Assembly (NCBI GenBank): GCA_017628025.1
Contig: JAGBZX010000033.1
Span: 13,280-77,279, forward strand
Length of the DNA: 64,000 bases
Direction of reading: 5' to 3'
Origin: Kiritimatiellia bacterium
GTDB taxonomy: Bacteria > Verrucomicrobiota > Kiritimatiellia > RFP12 > UBA1067
Under the pieces are notes generated by a model that searched no databases, was not told where the DNA came from, and saw only the letters and a program-made list of their open reading frames with translations. A program made the translations under genes and the position numbers. The number at the start of each line of letters is the position of its first letter. Position 1 is the stretch's first letter. This document shows positions 41,129 through 51,925 of the stretch, one piece after another.

Positions 41129-43930
41129 TCAATGAATAAAAGGTGCAGTAAGAGAATCTTTACAGTTCTTTATGCCCTGAACGGGACCTTCGTATACAAG
41201 ATGTCCACCGTTCGTCCCTCCCCCTGGGCCTAAGTCAATCATCCAATCAGCCGCGGATATAACATCAATATTATGTTCAATTACAACAATTGTATTGCCT
41301 TGATCTCTCAACTCAAGGAGTATTTTCATTAATTTAGCTACATCATCAAAATGCAACCCCGTAGTCGGCTCATCTAAAAGATATAATGTTTTACCAGTTG
41401 ATTTCCGCGAAAGCTCATGCGCTAGCTTTATGCGCTGGGCTTCCCCGCCAGAAAGAGTTGTGGCGCTTTGTCCAAGAGAAATGTACCCTAATCCAACATT
41501 GCTCAAAAGCTCTAGACGGCGTTTTAACGAAGGCACTTTTGAGAAGAATGAACACGCCTTGCTCACGCTCATTTCTAAAACATCTGCAATATTCGCCCCA
41601 TTATAAAGAACCTCTAGCGTTTCTGAATTAAAACGCTTACCTCCACACTGCTCACATGTAACATACACATCAGGCAAGAAACTCATCTCTATCTTACGAA
41701 CACCATCACCACCACAAACCTCACATCTACCACCCTTTACATTAAAGGAAAATCTACCTGCCGTATATCCCCGCGCTTTTGCAGCTTGCGTCTTAGCAAA
41801 CAAATCTCTTATCTCAGAGAAAAAACCAGTATATGTTGCGGGATTTGAGCGCGGAGTGCGACCTATAGGAGACTGATCAATTTCTACTACCTTGTCTATA
41901 AGCTCTATTCCTGTTAGCTTCTTAAATGGCTCAGGTTTTTCTTTCGAACCGTAAAACTGTTGCATTAGCGCCCGTTTTAATGTTTCGTCTATAAGGGTGG
42001 ATTTACCTGAACCAGAAACTCCTGTAACTACCGTAAAAGAACCAGTCGGAATTCTAACTGTTACATTTTTTAAATTATGTCCCGTTGCTCCTGTAAGGGT
42101 TATGAAACTATTTTTCTGCGGTTTAAATGTCCCTATTCTTCGCTGCGAAACGGTTTTTACCCCAGTTAAATAATGAGCAGTCAAAGTGTTTGATTTTAAA
42201 AGCCCATCAAAAGGCCCCTGATAAACGACTTCTCCTCCTTCTACTCCTGCACCTGGACCTAAATCTACAATATAATCAGATGACTTCATCATCTCTTCGT
42301 CATGCTCTACTACAACAAGAGTATTGCCGCGATCTCTTAGCCCTTTTAATGTGTTAATAAGACGCTCGTTATCTCTAGGGTGAAGACCTATCGTAGGCTC
42401 ATCAAGAACATATAATACTCCTGTTAATGAAGAACCTATTTGTGTAGCTAGACGAATACGCTGCATTTCTCCACCAGAAAGAGTCGCGCTAGGTCTATCC
42501 AACGTTAAATAATCTAGCCCAACATCTGCTAAAAACTTAAGCCTCCTTGAAATTTCTGCATGAATATCATGTAACCCCGAAAGGTCAGGCTTTTCTGGAT
42601 GAGTATCAACTGATGCAAAAAACTTTAAAGCGTTTTCCACGCTCATAGCCATAACTTCCACAATAGTTTTACCGCAAAAAACAGCAGAACGCGAAAATTC
42701 ATTTAATCGCGCGCCATTACATTCTGGGCAAGTGCTATAACTACGATACGCCTCGTATTTTTCACGAGTCTTGTCATCTTCTGCTTCTTCAAGTCGCTTC
42801 TCTAATATTGCCAGCACGCCTTCAAATGGTCTATCAACATTACGCCAAGGCAAATGCAAATCATCTTTAAAGCCATGCATCAAAGAACGGCGAAATTGCG
42901 CAGGCAATTTTTCGTACGGTGTGGAAAGCGAGACTTTATACTGACGAGCAATCTGTTCAAGAAGGTGATTGTAATACATTATTGCATTGTGTCCTGCTCG
43001 ACGCCACGGATGAATGCATTCACGCAATGGTAATGACTTATCGGGGACAACTAAATCCTCGTCGAAATAATATATCTGCCCTAATCCTGCACACTTTTGA
43101 CACGCACCAAAAGGAGAGTTAAAAGAAAATGATCTAGGCTTTAACTCTTCAAAGCTCAGCGAACAATCTATACATGCATTAAGCTCGCTAAACAACATTA
43201 CATCCGTTTGATCATCAGCATTAAGAACACTTATTACCCCATGTCCTTCTTTAAGCGCTAACTCAACAGAATCAGTAAGCCTTGTTCTATCACATGGCAA
43301 AACAAGACGATCAACTACAATTTCTATACTATGGCGGCGCTTTTTGTCTAATTCTTTTACATCATCAATTTGTTGAATCTCACCATCTACACGCACTCGT
43401 GAAAAACCATTTCTGCGAGCATATGAAAATACGTCCTCGTGCGCGCCCTTCTGACCTTTTACAATAGGAGAAAGCAGCAATACTCGTTTTTTGCCTTCGC
43501 TTACTGAGGCTAGAAGAGCATCTACAATTTCCTCGGCTGATTGACGCGTCACTTTTTTACCGCACTTTGGACATATGGCAGTTGCAACACTTCCATATAA
43601 AATTCTTAAATAATCGTGTATCTCAGTAACCGTAGCTACGATAGATCTAGGATTGCCTGCTGACGTATGCTGTTCTATAGAAATGGCAGGCGATAGCCCC
43701 TCTATCCTTTCAACATCAGGCTTGCCTAAACGATCAAGAAATTGTCTAGCGTACGTTGATAATGACTCAACATAGCGACGCTGACCTTCCGCATAAAGAG
43801 TGTCAAAGGCCAGCGACGATTTGCCACTGCCCGAAAGCCCTGTTACTACAGTAAGCGAATTGCGAGGAATTCGCACACTTACACCTTTTAAGTTATGTGT
43901 GCGAGCATTGATAATATTTATGTCAGACAT
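41129..43930 (-). CDS. uvrA: Excinuclease ABC subunit A
   Basis: 933 aa with two ABC ATPase modules (GLSGSGKSSLA, GVSGSGKSTL), zinc-finger Cys clusters and an LSGGE signature. Confidence 0.9.
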   Translation of the reverse strand: MSDINIINARTHNLKGVSVRIPRNSLTVVTGLSGSGKSSLAFDTLYAEGQRRYVESLSTYARQFLDRLGKPDVERIEGLSPAISIEQHTSAGNPRSIVATVTEIHDYLRILYGSVATAICPKCGKKVTRQSAEEIVDALLASVSEGKKRVLLLSPIVKGQKGAHEDVFSYARRNGFSRVRVDGEIQQIDDVKELDKKRRHSIEIVVDRLVLPCDRTRLTDSVELALKEGHGVISVLNADDQTDVMLFSELNACIDCSLSFEELKPRSFSFNSPFGACQKCAGLGQIYYFDEDLVVPDKSLPLRECIHPWRRAGHNAIMYYNHLLEQIARQYKVSLSTPYEKLPAQFRRSLMHGFKDDLHLPWRNVDRPFEGVLAILEKRLEEAEDDKTREKYEAYRSYSTCPECNGARLNEFSRSAVFCGKTIVEVMAMSVENALKFFASVDTHPEKPDLSGLHDIHAEISRRLKFLADVGLDYLTLDRPSATLSGGEMQRIRLATQIGSSLTGVLYVLDEPTIGLHPRDNERLINTLKGLRDRGNTLVVVEHDEEMMKSSDYIVDLGPGAGVEGGEVVYQGPFDGLLKSNTLTAHYLTGVKTVSQRRIGTFKPQKNSFITLTGATGHNLKNVTVRIPTGSFTVVTGVSGSGKSTLIDETLKRALMQQFYGSKEKPEPFKKLTGIELIDKVVEIDQSPIGRTPRSNPATYTGFFSEIRDLFAKTQAAKARGYTAGRFSFNVKGGRCEVCGGDGVRKIEMSFLPDVYVTCEQCGGKRFNSETLEVLYNGANIADVLEMSVSKACSFFSKVPSLKRRLELLSNVGLGYISLGQSATTLSGGEAQRIKLAHELSRKSTGKTLYLLDEPTTGLHFDDVAKLMKILLELRDQGNTIVVIEHNIDVISAADWMIDLGPGGGTNGGHLVYEGPVQGIKNCKDSLTAPFIH

Positions 43931-43933
43931 ACA

Positions 43934-44575
43934 TTAAAATTGTACAAAGCGCAGAGCATTCTCATCTGTGAGTTTCTCTAATTCTTCTGGGCTTGTATTT
44001 CGTATCTCAGCAGTCTTAATGAGAATTTCTCTTATTGTTGGAAGTCCTTCTTGATTTTCAACTGTACGGTCAGTCTCAAAAACAAGCATGTGATTAGGTA
44101 TCTTCGCAACTAATTTGCGATAATTAACTGCATGATCATTCATCACCTGCGGACCTACGGAAATAAATCCATTAAGCTTTTCAATTTCCGGCAGTAGCCC
44201 GTCAGAGCGGGAAAAACCATGAAACAAAAAAGCAGGCGGCCTAGGAAACATTGTAGCCATACCTTTAATATTTTCAATAATTTTTCCCCAACACTTTACA
44301 CCATGCAATGTCACTGGACGCTTGAAATACGTAGCAATCATAAGCATATCCTCAAATACGGATCTAGCTTTATTGGATATTTCTTTATTGCGTAAGCGAT
44401 CAAAGCCAATTTCCCCAACCCATGCCGAAGGATTGTTCTCTATTTTCTCTGCAATCTCATTTGCGACATAGCAATCAGGGTCTTGCCAAGGGTGATACCC
44501 GAAAAAATCACGGTCAGCAAGATACTCCACAACGGACGGATCATTACCGGGAACATGTGCGTGCATATCCGTCAT
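43934..44575 (-). CDS. TatD-family metal-dependent hydrolase (short form)
   Basis: 213 aa with the TatD-like His/Asp pattern (MHAHVP..., GEIGFD, LHG, FETD). Confidence 0.55.
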   Translation of the reverse strand: MTDMHAHVPGNDPSVVEYLADRDFFGYHPWQDPDCYVANEIAEKIENNPSAWVGEIGFDRLRNKEISNKARSVFEDMLMIATYFKRPVTLHGVKCWGKIIENIKGMATMFPRPPAFLFHGFSRSDGLLPEIEKLNGFISVGPQVMNDHAVNYRKLVAKIPNHMLVFETDRTVENQEGLPTIREILIKTAEIRNTSPEELEKLTDENALRFVQF

Positions 44576-44592
44576 CTAATAGCTCCTATATT

Positions 44593-45372
44593 TCAAACCT
44601 CAAATGAACCATTGAAAACTTTTTTCACAGGTCCCGTAAGAGTAATATTTTTAAATTCGCCATTAGAGTATTGGCCATCTACAACAAGAAGATAGCCTTT
44701 GACTGTAGTTACCTTAACAGGAAATTGCATTGAGTAGGAAGCTACTCCCACAATAGCAGCCGCCACGGAACCTGTGCCACAAGCACCAGACTCTGCCTCT
44801 ACACCACGCTCATATGTGCGAATAGACAGCCTATCTGGAGCGTGATACGCAACAAAATCAACATTCGTGCCACTAGGCGCAAACTCTGGCGAAAGGCGAA
44901 TTTTCCGTCCTTCCGTCTCAACATCTATTTTAGCAGGACTTTCTACTGGCACAATCTTATGAGGAACACCTGCAACTACAAAATCTCCCTTTAGATCTTT
45001 TGGCGTAGGCATACAAATTTTAACTTTTGTCTCATCAATAATTTCTGCCTCTATGAGACCGGCCTGAGTTTCAAAACTCATACACCTTGAATCTACCGCT
45101 CCAATCAAGCGAGCAAAAAGCGCTACACACCTTGCCCCATTGCCACAAAGCTCAGCTTCTGTCCCGTCAGGATTAAAGAAACGCATTTTAAAATCAGCTT
45201 TATCTGACTTCTGTACGAGTATTACCCCTTCCGCACCGATGCCTGTACGCCTTTCGCAAAGCGAAGAAATAAGAATATAATCATCAGCTGGAAAATCACC
45301 TTTGCGGTCATCAATCATTATGAAATCGTTGCCCGCACCATGCATTTTTACAAATTGAGTCATTCCCACCAC
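44593..45372 (-). CDS. dapF: Diaminopimelate epimerase
   Basis: 259 aa. Two catalytic Cys motifs: NPDGTEAELCGNGARC and ESGACGTGSVA. Confidence 0.85.
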   Translation of the reverse strand: MVGMTQFVKMHGAGNDFIMIDDRKGDFPADDYILISSLCERRTGIGAEGVILVQKSDKADFKMRFFNPDGTEAELCGNGARCVALFARLIGAVDSRCMSFETQAGLIEAEIIDETKVKICMPTPKDLKGDFVVAGVPHKIVPVESPAKIDVETEGRKIRLSPEFAPSGTNVDFVAYHAPDRLSIRTYERGVEAESGACGTGSVAAAIVGVASYSMQFPVKVTTVKGYLLVVDGQYSNGEFKNITLTGPVKKVFNGSFEV

Positions 45373-47432
45373 CTTCTTTCTCCAGGGAGTTTAGATTGGC
45401 CATTTAGCCTTACTAAATCTGCTAGTATATCAAATGCCGTTGAAAGCACAACATCCTTTGAGTCTTTCTTTTTACGACGCTTACGAGAGGGAGGCTCTTC
45501 CTTATTATCGTCGTCTTGATGAAGTTTCTCATCTGCTAGCATCATCTCTTTGCGGGTGGCGTAATCAAGAGGAACCTCCTTGCGTTGTGCAACCTTGCGA
45601 ATCTCTTCAATATTACGCAAATGTCTTTGATACTTATCATTTTCAGCAAGCCTCTTTTCTGCATTTCTTGAAAGCTCTTTTGCGTAAGTATAAAGGTTCC
45701 AACTAAGCGAATATCTTGCAGGCTCAATCTTAGTAAAAGGCAACGCGTTAGGAAGTTTATCCTCTCCAATTTCTAAAGCATCTAGGGGCGAAGGCAACTT
45801 AATATCAGCAGGCATTCCTTCAATCTGCGTAGACTCACCATTAATCCTATAAAACCGCGCGGTGGTAAGTTTCATAGAACCAAACGTTTCTGGCCCCATA
45901 CGCATCACCGTTTGAACAGTTCCCTTACCGTGAGTACGCGCATCTCCAAGGACTATTGCTCTACCTGTATCATGCAGGTGAGCAGCTACAATTTCACTAG
46001 CGCTAGCACTAGCACGATCTGTTAGAACAACGATAGGTTTAAAAAACGCTACAGGATTACCATAAGGGATAGATAATGCGCGCGTAGAATTTACCGCGTC
46101 GCTTACTTGAACTACGGGGCCAGAGTGGACAAAAAGCGCAGAAAGCATCACTGCTTCCATTAAACTACCACCACCATTACCGCGTAAATCAAGCAACAGC
46201 CCCCCTACGTCTTCAGCATTGAATTCGGCGATATATTTAGCCACATCAAAGGCACAAGACCTATAACCCTTCTCGCCAGGGCGCTTATCCATGGAGCCAT
46301 AGAAGCTTGGCAGATAAACGTACCCTAAGTTATTTGTAACACCATTTAAGACAACCTTCTCTACATGACCTGTCGCTGCCATGTCGTCAAGTTTAATCTC
46401 ATCGCGAACGATATCAACTAACTGCCTCTTCGCCCCTGTTACATCACCTCGAGGAACTATCTCTAGTGTCACAACCGTACCCTTAGGGCCACGTATCTTT
46501 TTTATAGTTTTGCGCATCGGTTGCCATGTAATATCTTCTAATTGAGCATCCTTGCTTTTACGCACACCGACGATCTTGTCACCCTCTTTAATTCTTCCGT
46601 CACGATCAAGTGGACCTCCATGAACAATTTCAACTATCTTCAGGGCCCCTTCATCTAATTGTAACACTGCGCCCACTCCGCAAAGGGTAAGATTCATATC
46701 TATATCAAAATCTTCTTTAAGCGTCGGAGACATATAATCTGTGTGCGGATCATATGCCCTACAGACAGAACTAAGATAAGTTTGTAAAACTTGTTCGTCG
46801 TCTGGATCTTTCATTACCTGACTATATTGATGGTATCGTTTTACAAGGTTTGTTCTAGCCGTTGCTAGAGCATCAGCAAAAGAAAATATATTCGTTGTTT
46901 TGTTAGCCTCTAATTCAGCAGAAACTATTTGAGCTAGCAACTCATTAGTAAGACGTTTGCGCCAATGATCTTCAGCCGCCGCTTTATCAGCTGGCCATTG
47001 AGCTTGCTTTCGATCAATTAAATAGTTTTCCTTTTTAGTAAAATCTACTTCAGCGTTAATAAGAAAATTCGTCGCATAGAACATACGCTCTGTAAGGCGC
47101 TCTATATATGTATTATAGACGAGATAGGCAAAGCGCACGTCACCTTTTTTAAGTTCATCGTCTAGTAAAAACTTGCGGCCTACAAAGCTATCTATATCGC
47201 TTTTTAAGAATACAGAACGATCGTAATCGTAAGTTGTAATCACATTCGTCCACGCTTGCGCGCTTATAACATCATCAACTCTCTGAGTTAGCACATGATA
47301 TTTTGGTAGCATGTTAACCATGCGCTTAGCAATCTCGCCATAATAATCTTTTGGCGCAAGATCGGCAAACGTATATAAACTACTTGCAACAAAGAAACAT
47401 AGAGATGTTAGAAATATTTTAAACGTCTTCAC
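45360..47432 (-). CDS. prc: Carboxyl-terminal processing (tail-specific) protease, S41 family
   Basis: 690 aa with a signal peptide and PDZ domain. The S41 catalytic region is SASASEI. Confidence 0.75.
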   Translation of the reverse strand: MKTFKIFLTSLCFFVASSLYTFADLAPKDYYGEIAKRMVNMLPKYHVLTQRVDDVISAQAWTNVITTYDYDRSVFLKSDIDSFVGRKFLLDDELKKGDVRFAYLVYNTYIERLTERMFYATNFLINAEVDFTKKENYLIDRKQAQWPADKAAAEDHWRKRLTNELLAQIVSAELEANKTTNIFSFADALATARTNLVKRYHQYSQVMKDPDDEQVLQTYLSSVCRAYDPHTDYMSPTLKEDFDIDMNLTLCGVGAVLQLDEGALKIVEIVHGGPLDRDGRIKEGDKIVGVRKSKDAQLEDITWQPMRKTIKKIRGPKGTVVTLEIVPRGDVTGAKRQLVDIVRDEIKLDDMAATGHVEKVVLNGVTNNLGYVYLPSFYGSMDKRPGEKGYRSCAFDVAKYIAEFNAEDVGGLLLDLRGNGGGSLMEAVMLSALFVHSGPVVQVSDAVNSTRALSIPYGNPVAFFKPIVVLTDRASASASEIVAAHLHDTGRAIVLGDARTHGKGTVQTVMRMGPETFGSMKLTTARFYRINGESTQIEGMPADIKLPSPLDALEIGEDKLPNALPFTKIEPARYSLSWNLYTYAKELSRNAEKRLAENDKYQRHLRNIEEIRKVAQRKEVPLDYATRKEMMLADEKLHQDDDNKEEPPSRKRRKKKDSKDVVLSTAFDILADLVRLNGQSKLPGERRWWE

Positions 47433-48106
47433 TTTGAATTCTCCAATAAGCTTATCACTCTCTCCAGTTCCACTGGATCAATAATAACGCGTTGAGTACT
47501 GAAGCAACCTTTTAACTCATTAGAATTTAAAATCACTACCCCTTGCAACTCTGCAACATGAGCATCAAATGTATCAGAAGCAAAAGCCAACACTGGCGTC
47601 ACTTTGCCCTTCCAGCCTGATTTTTCTAATTCCTGACGAACAAATTGCGCCTCACGACGCGTCTGCTTCAATGGAGGCCGCGACGGCAACCTACCACCGA
47701 CAAGAATGTGACCATCTTCTATAGAAACGCGCTCAGACCAAAACTTTGTTTCTATAGAAAAGACACCAGCTGGCCCTACCACAACATGATCAATATGATG
47801 ACCCATTGCATCAAAATCATTAAAGATATGATAATGCGGTGGCAATCCTTCCAAGATGCCAGCAACCTTTTCCTCTCCGCGCGCGCCCTTATAGAAGCGT
47901 TCTACATGACGCAATCCCTTAAGTAGCATAAACCACAAAAAAAGAAGCGCTAGCAAAGACAAAATCGCGCCAATTGCAGAACTCAGCAGTATCGCAATAG
48001 CGATAAAAAAGCCCAAAAGAAAAACGGTAAGAAACAATGGCCAAAGGCCAAAAATCACACCTCTTACACGAGCCCACTCTCCAGGTATGCCATGGACTGT
48101 AGCCAT
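47429..48106 (-). CDS. NERD (nuclease-related domain) protein with N-terminal double TM anchor
   Basis: The NERD-like core is GARGEEKV...HIFNDF...DHVVVGPAGVFSIETK. Two hydrophobic helices sit at the N-terminus. Confidence 0.55.
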   Translation of the reverse strand: MATVHGIPGEWARVRGVIFGLWPLFLTVFLLGFFIAIAILLSSAIGAILSLLALLFLWFMLLKGLRHVERFYKGARGEEKVAGILEGLPPHYHIFNDFDAMGHHIDHVVVGPAGVFSIETKFWSERVSIEDGHILVGGRLPSRPPLKQTRREAQFVRQELEKSGWKGKVTPVLAFASDTFDAHVAELQGVVILNSNELKGCFSTQRVIIDPVELERVISLLENSK

Positions 48107-49890
48107 TAACTAGTCTCCTTTAATTTAAGATGCGCCTCAACTGCTGCCACAATAGAATCAACATCTAATTTATATTTCTTCTCTAGCTCCGGTATGCTAC
48201 CATGTTCTATAAATACATCTGGCCAGCCAAATTTTAAATCAGCTCCTATGGTTTCTCCAAAACCGCCCAATACACAACCATTTTCAATTGAAACAATAAG
48301 CGCACCATCAGCACGCTGCTTTGCTAGTAGCTCAAAGTCAAATGGCTTTAAGTATCTAGCACAAACGCTCGTGCCGCCAACTCGGGAAGATACTTGGCAT
48401 GCTTTATCATACCAATCAGCAGTTGCCCATATTGCCACTTTGCTCTGAGTTATTTCTTTTAGAGGAAAATTTGCTGGGCACAATCCACGAGGATAACGAA
48501 TAAGCGTTGGACCATTTCTCTTTAATGCTTCATCTATAAGAAGTTCCAAATCAGCAGCATCACGCGGCTGACATATAACTAAATTCGGCAAGCACTTTAA
48601 CATCGCATAATCATAAAGCCCTTGATGAGTCTTGCCATCGGCGCCAACAACTCCTGCTCGATCTACCGTAATAATTACAGGCAACGAGGAAATTGCCACA
48701 TCGTGCATTACTTGGTCTATTGCGCGTTGCAAAAAAGTCGAGTATATACTTACGACTGGGCGCATTCCTCGCGATGCTAACCCTGCCGCCATTGCTATCA
48801 TGTGACCTTCTGCTATGCCAACATCAAAAAATCTAGATGGGTAAGCCTTCGAAAATTTAGCAAGCCCCGTCCCGTCAGTCATTCCTGCAGTAAGCGCTAC
48901 GATTCTCGAATCAACATCTGCCTTGTCGCATATTATTCGCCCAAAGACAGTCGACCACGTCTGGCCATCGGTTCTAGATATTAAACTTCCTGTTGAAAAA
49001 TCTTCAGAAAGGTTAAACGCATCTACTCCGTGCCATTTTGTCGGGTTTGTCTCAGCAGGAGCAAAACCATAACCCTTCTTAGTGACAACATGAACAATTA
49101 CTCCACGCTTATCCTCTTTGGCGACAGTAAAAGCAGAAACAAGCGCATTTATATCATGCCCATCGACAGGGCCAATATAACGTAAGCCGAACTCTTCAAA
49201 ATATCTATTGCCTAAAAAAAGTGACTTTATTCTACTTTCTATTCGGTGATAAATATTTCGCAAAAATGTAAGACGCATCGCGTGCCCCACATTCTCTGCT
49301 GCAGCTTTGACGCGGTTATACTTTACACCGGAAATAAGCCTGCCTAAAAATCTCGATGAAGCACCTATTGATTTCGATATACTCATCTCATTATCATTTA
49401 AAATAACAATTGAGCGAGTAGATAAAGATAGATACGAGTTAAGAGCTTCAAAACTCATGCCATTAGCAAGGGCTCCATCACCTACTACTGCCACAACACT
49501 TTCCGCGCCATCTAATCTATCACGCGCGCACGCCATGCCAAACGATACTGACAAGGCAGCCCCAGCATGCCCTGCTACGGCCGCATCTGCAGCAGACTCA
49601 TTAGGAGTAGGAAACGGCGCAATACCATTATGCTTTCTAAGCGTATCAAACACTTCCGCGCGACCAGTAAGAAGCTTCCACGCATAAGCTTGGTGACCAA
49701 CGTCCCACACTATTCTATCTGATATTGGGTCAAAAACCTCATTAAGAGCTACTGCTATCTCAACTGCGCCAAGTGATGAAGCAAGATGCCCTCCATTTTT
49801 CGCAACCGTTGAAATGATCTGTCGCCTAAGTTCATTACTTTTTTGAACTAGATCGAGATTGTTTTTCTCTTCACTCTTTGCCATTGTCAT
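48106..49890 (-). CDS. dxs: 1-deoxy-D-xylulose-5-phosphate synthase
   Basis: 594 aa with a TPP-binding GDG motif (VVGDGALANG). The DXS N-terminus is ...GGHLASSLGAVE. Confidence 0.85.
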   Translation of the reverse strand: MTMAKSEEKNNLDLVQKSNELRRQIISTVAKNGGHLASSLGAVEIAVALNEVFDPISDRIVWDVGHQAYAWKLLTGRAEVFDTLRKHNGIAPFPTPNESAADAAVAGHAGAALSVSFGMACARDRLDGAESVVAVVGDGALANGMSFEALNSYLSLSTRSIVILNDNEMSISKSIGASSRFLGRLISGVKYNRVKAAAENVGHAMRLTFLRNIYHRIESRIKSLFLGNRYFEEFGLRYIGPVDGHDINALVSAFTVAKEDKRGVIVHVVTKKGYGFAPAETNPTKWHGVDAFNLSEDFSTGSLISRTDGQTWSTVFGRIICDKADVDSRIVALTAGMTDGTGLAKFSKAYPSRFFDVGIAEGHMIAMAAGLASRGMRPVVSIYSTFLQRAIDQVMHDVAISSLPVIITVDRAGVVGADGKTHQGLYDYAMLKCLPNLVICQPRDAADLELLIDEALKRNGPTLIRYPRGLCPANFPLKEITQSKVAIWATADWYDKACQVSSRVGGTSVCARYLKPFDFELLAKQRADGALIVSIENGCVLGGFGETIGADLKFGWPDVFIEHGSIPELEKKYKLDVDSIVAAVEAHLKLKETS

Positions 49891-51358
49891 CCTTTCTTAA
49901 AAGAATCATCAATGTCGTAGAGTTTTGACCAAAATTTGGCATTTTGGAAACAAGGCTATAATTCTTTTTAAGCTCTTCAAAGAATCTTATCTGTTTTGCA
50001 ATTGGAGTTTCTACACATGTCGGCGCAGTAATTGCAAATGTATAACCACTTAAAGCCGCAACCTTGCAAGGCGATGCTCTTAAGTATTCGAGTATTTTCT
50101 TGTCATTTAGTCCTGGAGTGTTTTCCTTCTCGCCCCAATAAGAAAACGGACCCATTTCAAAGCCTTTTGGAACTTCTCTATTTGACTCAATAGCAAGATA
50201 TAAATCTTGAGTTAAAAGCATTTTTCCATTTGGATCTAATTTTTCTATTTCGCTGGCCGCTTTTCGAAGCGTCAACACATCAGGCGCGTCTTTACGGACA
50301 ACCCAAAAACGATCTTGCCCAGCGGTCATAAACGACTCTAAAAGAGGAGAGCCAAAACTTAACGCCCATGTCATACCAAGAGTAAGTAAAACAATTGGAA
50401 ATTTAACTGTAGAGATACGTACCGCAGCGTAAATAGCTATCAGCGACATTATCGGCACCTGGTAATCATCATATGGGAAAGGCGCTAAAAACTGCACTAA
50501 CGCAACAGCAACAAAAGACACAAGTAGCACAGTTAGTACACTTTTATTCTTTGAATTTGGAAATGCAAAAGACAACCCTAACAACACCCAAATTGGTAAA
50601 TACCAACGAACAATACGGCTAAGGCTACCAATAAAAAGCATTAAATCGAACGAGCCACGAGAAGCATGATAAAAATGAGCTAAAACGAAACGTTGACGAG
50701 CTGTTTCATCAATAAGATATGGTGAATATGTCAAAAGTGCCATAAGTATGCAACCTAGGGCAAACGAAAAAGCTAATGCTCCCCTACGTTCTTTATTAAT
50801 AATAAGATAAAGGAAAAGCATGATAGGTACTAAAACTAATGTTATGCGCGTTGCTGCAGCTAGAACAAGAGCGCAGCCCGAGAAGAAGACAAATATAGAT
50901 GATTTTTTCGAATCTAAAAACGAAAATAGATATAACCCTGCTACAAGAAAGAGAGATGAAAGAGCATATGTCTTTGGTATCGCTAAATAATAAACATGAT
51001 AAAGATTTGAGCCTAAAAGGATAAAAACTAATATAGCTGCGATGTTTTTTTCTTTTTCCGGTGCTAAACGATATGCTAGGTGTGACGCAAAAAGCAAGGA
51101 TAATAAACCTAAAAAAACAGTAAAAACTCTCGCGCCAATAATACCGTAGTTATCCCAAATCGAAGAGAAAAAAGAATAGACAATCGGCATTACTGGGCCT
51201 TGTGTAAAGAAGAAGTCGCGATAGAGCATCTCCCCTTTAGACACCAATTTAGCTGCATACAAATACCAACCCTCGTCTTGATTTAATGAACCTAGAATTA
51301 CGGCGGCTACCGCCAATATGACGAAAGCTGCTAAGGCGAGGTATTTGTAGATTTTCAT
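49871..51358 (-). CDS. Polytopic membrane glycosyltransferase, GT39/ArnT (PMT_2) family
   Basis: 495 aa with ~11 TM. The N-terminal periplasmic loop motif DEGWY.. resembles the DE motif of ArnT/PMT. Confidence 0.55.
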   Translation of the reverse strand: MKIYKYLALAAFVILAVAAVILGSLNQDEGWYLYAAKLVSKGEMLYRDFFFTQGPVMPIVYSFFSSIWDNYGIIGARVFTVFLGLLSLLFASHLAYRLAPEKEKNIAAILVFILLGSNLYHVYYLAIPKTYALSSLFLVAGLYLFSFLDSKKSSIFVFFSGCALVLAAATRITLVLVPIMLFLYLIINKERRGALAFSFALGCILMALLTYSPYLIDETARQRFVLAHFYHASRGSFDLMLFIGSLSRIVRWYLPIWVLLGLSFAFPNSKNKSVLTVLLVSFVAVALVQFLAPFPYDDYQVPIMSLIAIYAAVRISTVKFPIVLLTLGMTWALSFGSPLLESFMTAGQDRFWVVRKDAPDVLTLRKAASEIEKLDPNGKMLLTQDLYLAIESNREVPKGFEMGPFSYWGEKENTPGLNDKKILEYLRASPCKVAALSGYTFAITAPTCVETPIAKQIRFFEELKKNYSLVSKMPNFGQNSTTLMILLRKDDNGKE

Positions 51359-51900
51359 CTTGTAGAGCCGTTGGCCTTAGATATTTTCTTCAGCTTAGCA
51401 GCCTTAGCAAGGCGCTCCATGGCGCTAAAATGATCTATATACAAAACACCATTTAAATGATCAGTTTCATGCTGAATGGCTCTTGCTAAAAAACCACGCG
51501 CTGTGATAATTTGTGGCTTGTTATTTTCGTCAATATACGAACAAGTAACCTGTTCTGCACGGACAACCTCACCATTCATATTTGGAAACGAGAGGCAACC
51601 TTCTTTATCTATCACGCTACCGCTACGCTGAATTATCTCTGGATTCCACATTTTAAGCGGCATTTTTACTGGCGCATTAAACATCTCGTCAAATTCGTCA
51701 TCGCAACCCTCTGGGATGTCAATAACACAAAGGCTTTCCAGCCTACCTACCTGCTGAGCCGCCAATCCAACGCCCTTGGCCTTATGCATAGTTTCAAGCA
51801 TATCGTCTGCTAATTGGCGTTGAGAAGAATCAACTTCATTAACCTTCTTTGATTTTTCTCTAAGAACCTTTTGACCGTATTTTGTAATTTCCAAAACCAT
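51355..51900 (-). CDS. def: Peptide deformylase
   Basis: Motifs GVGLAAQQVG, EGCLS and QHETDHLNG (HExxH). Confidence 0.9.
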   Translation of the reverse strand: MVLEITKYGQKVLREKSKKVNEVDSSQRQLADDMLETMHKAKGVGLAAQQVGRLESLCVIDIPEGCDDEFDEMFNAPVKMPLKMWNPEIIQRSGSVIDKEGCLSFPNMNGEVVRAEQVTCSYIDENNKPQIITARGFLARAIQHETDHLNGVLYIDHFSAMERLAKAAKLKKISKANGSTR

Positions 51901-51925
51901 ATCGCCCCCAGACGATCAAAGCTCT

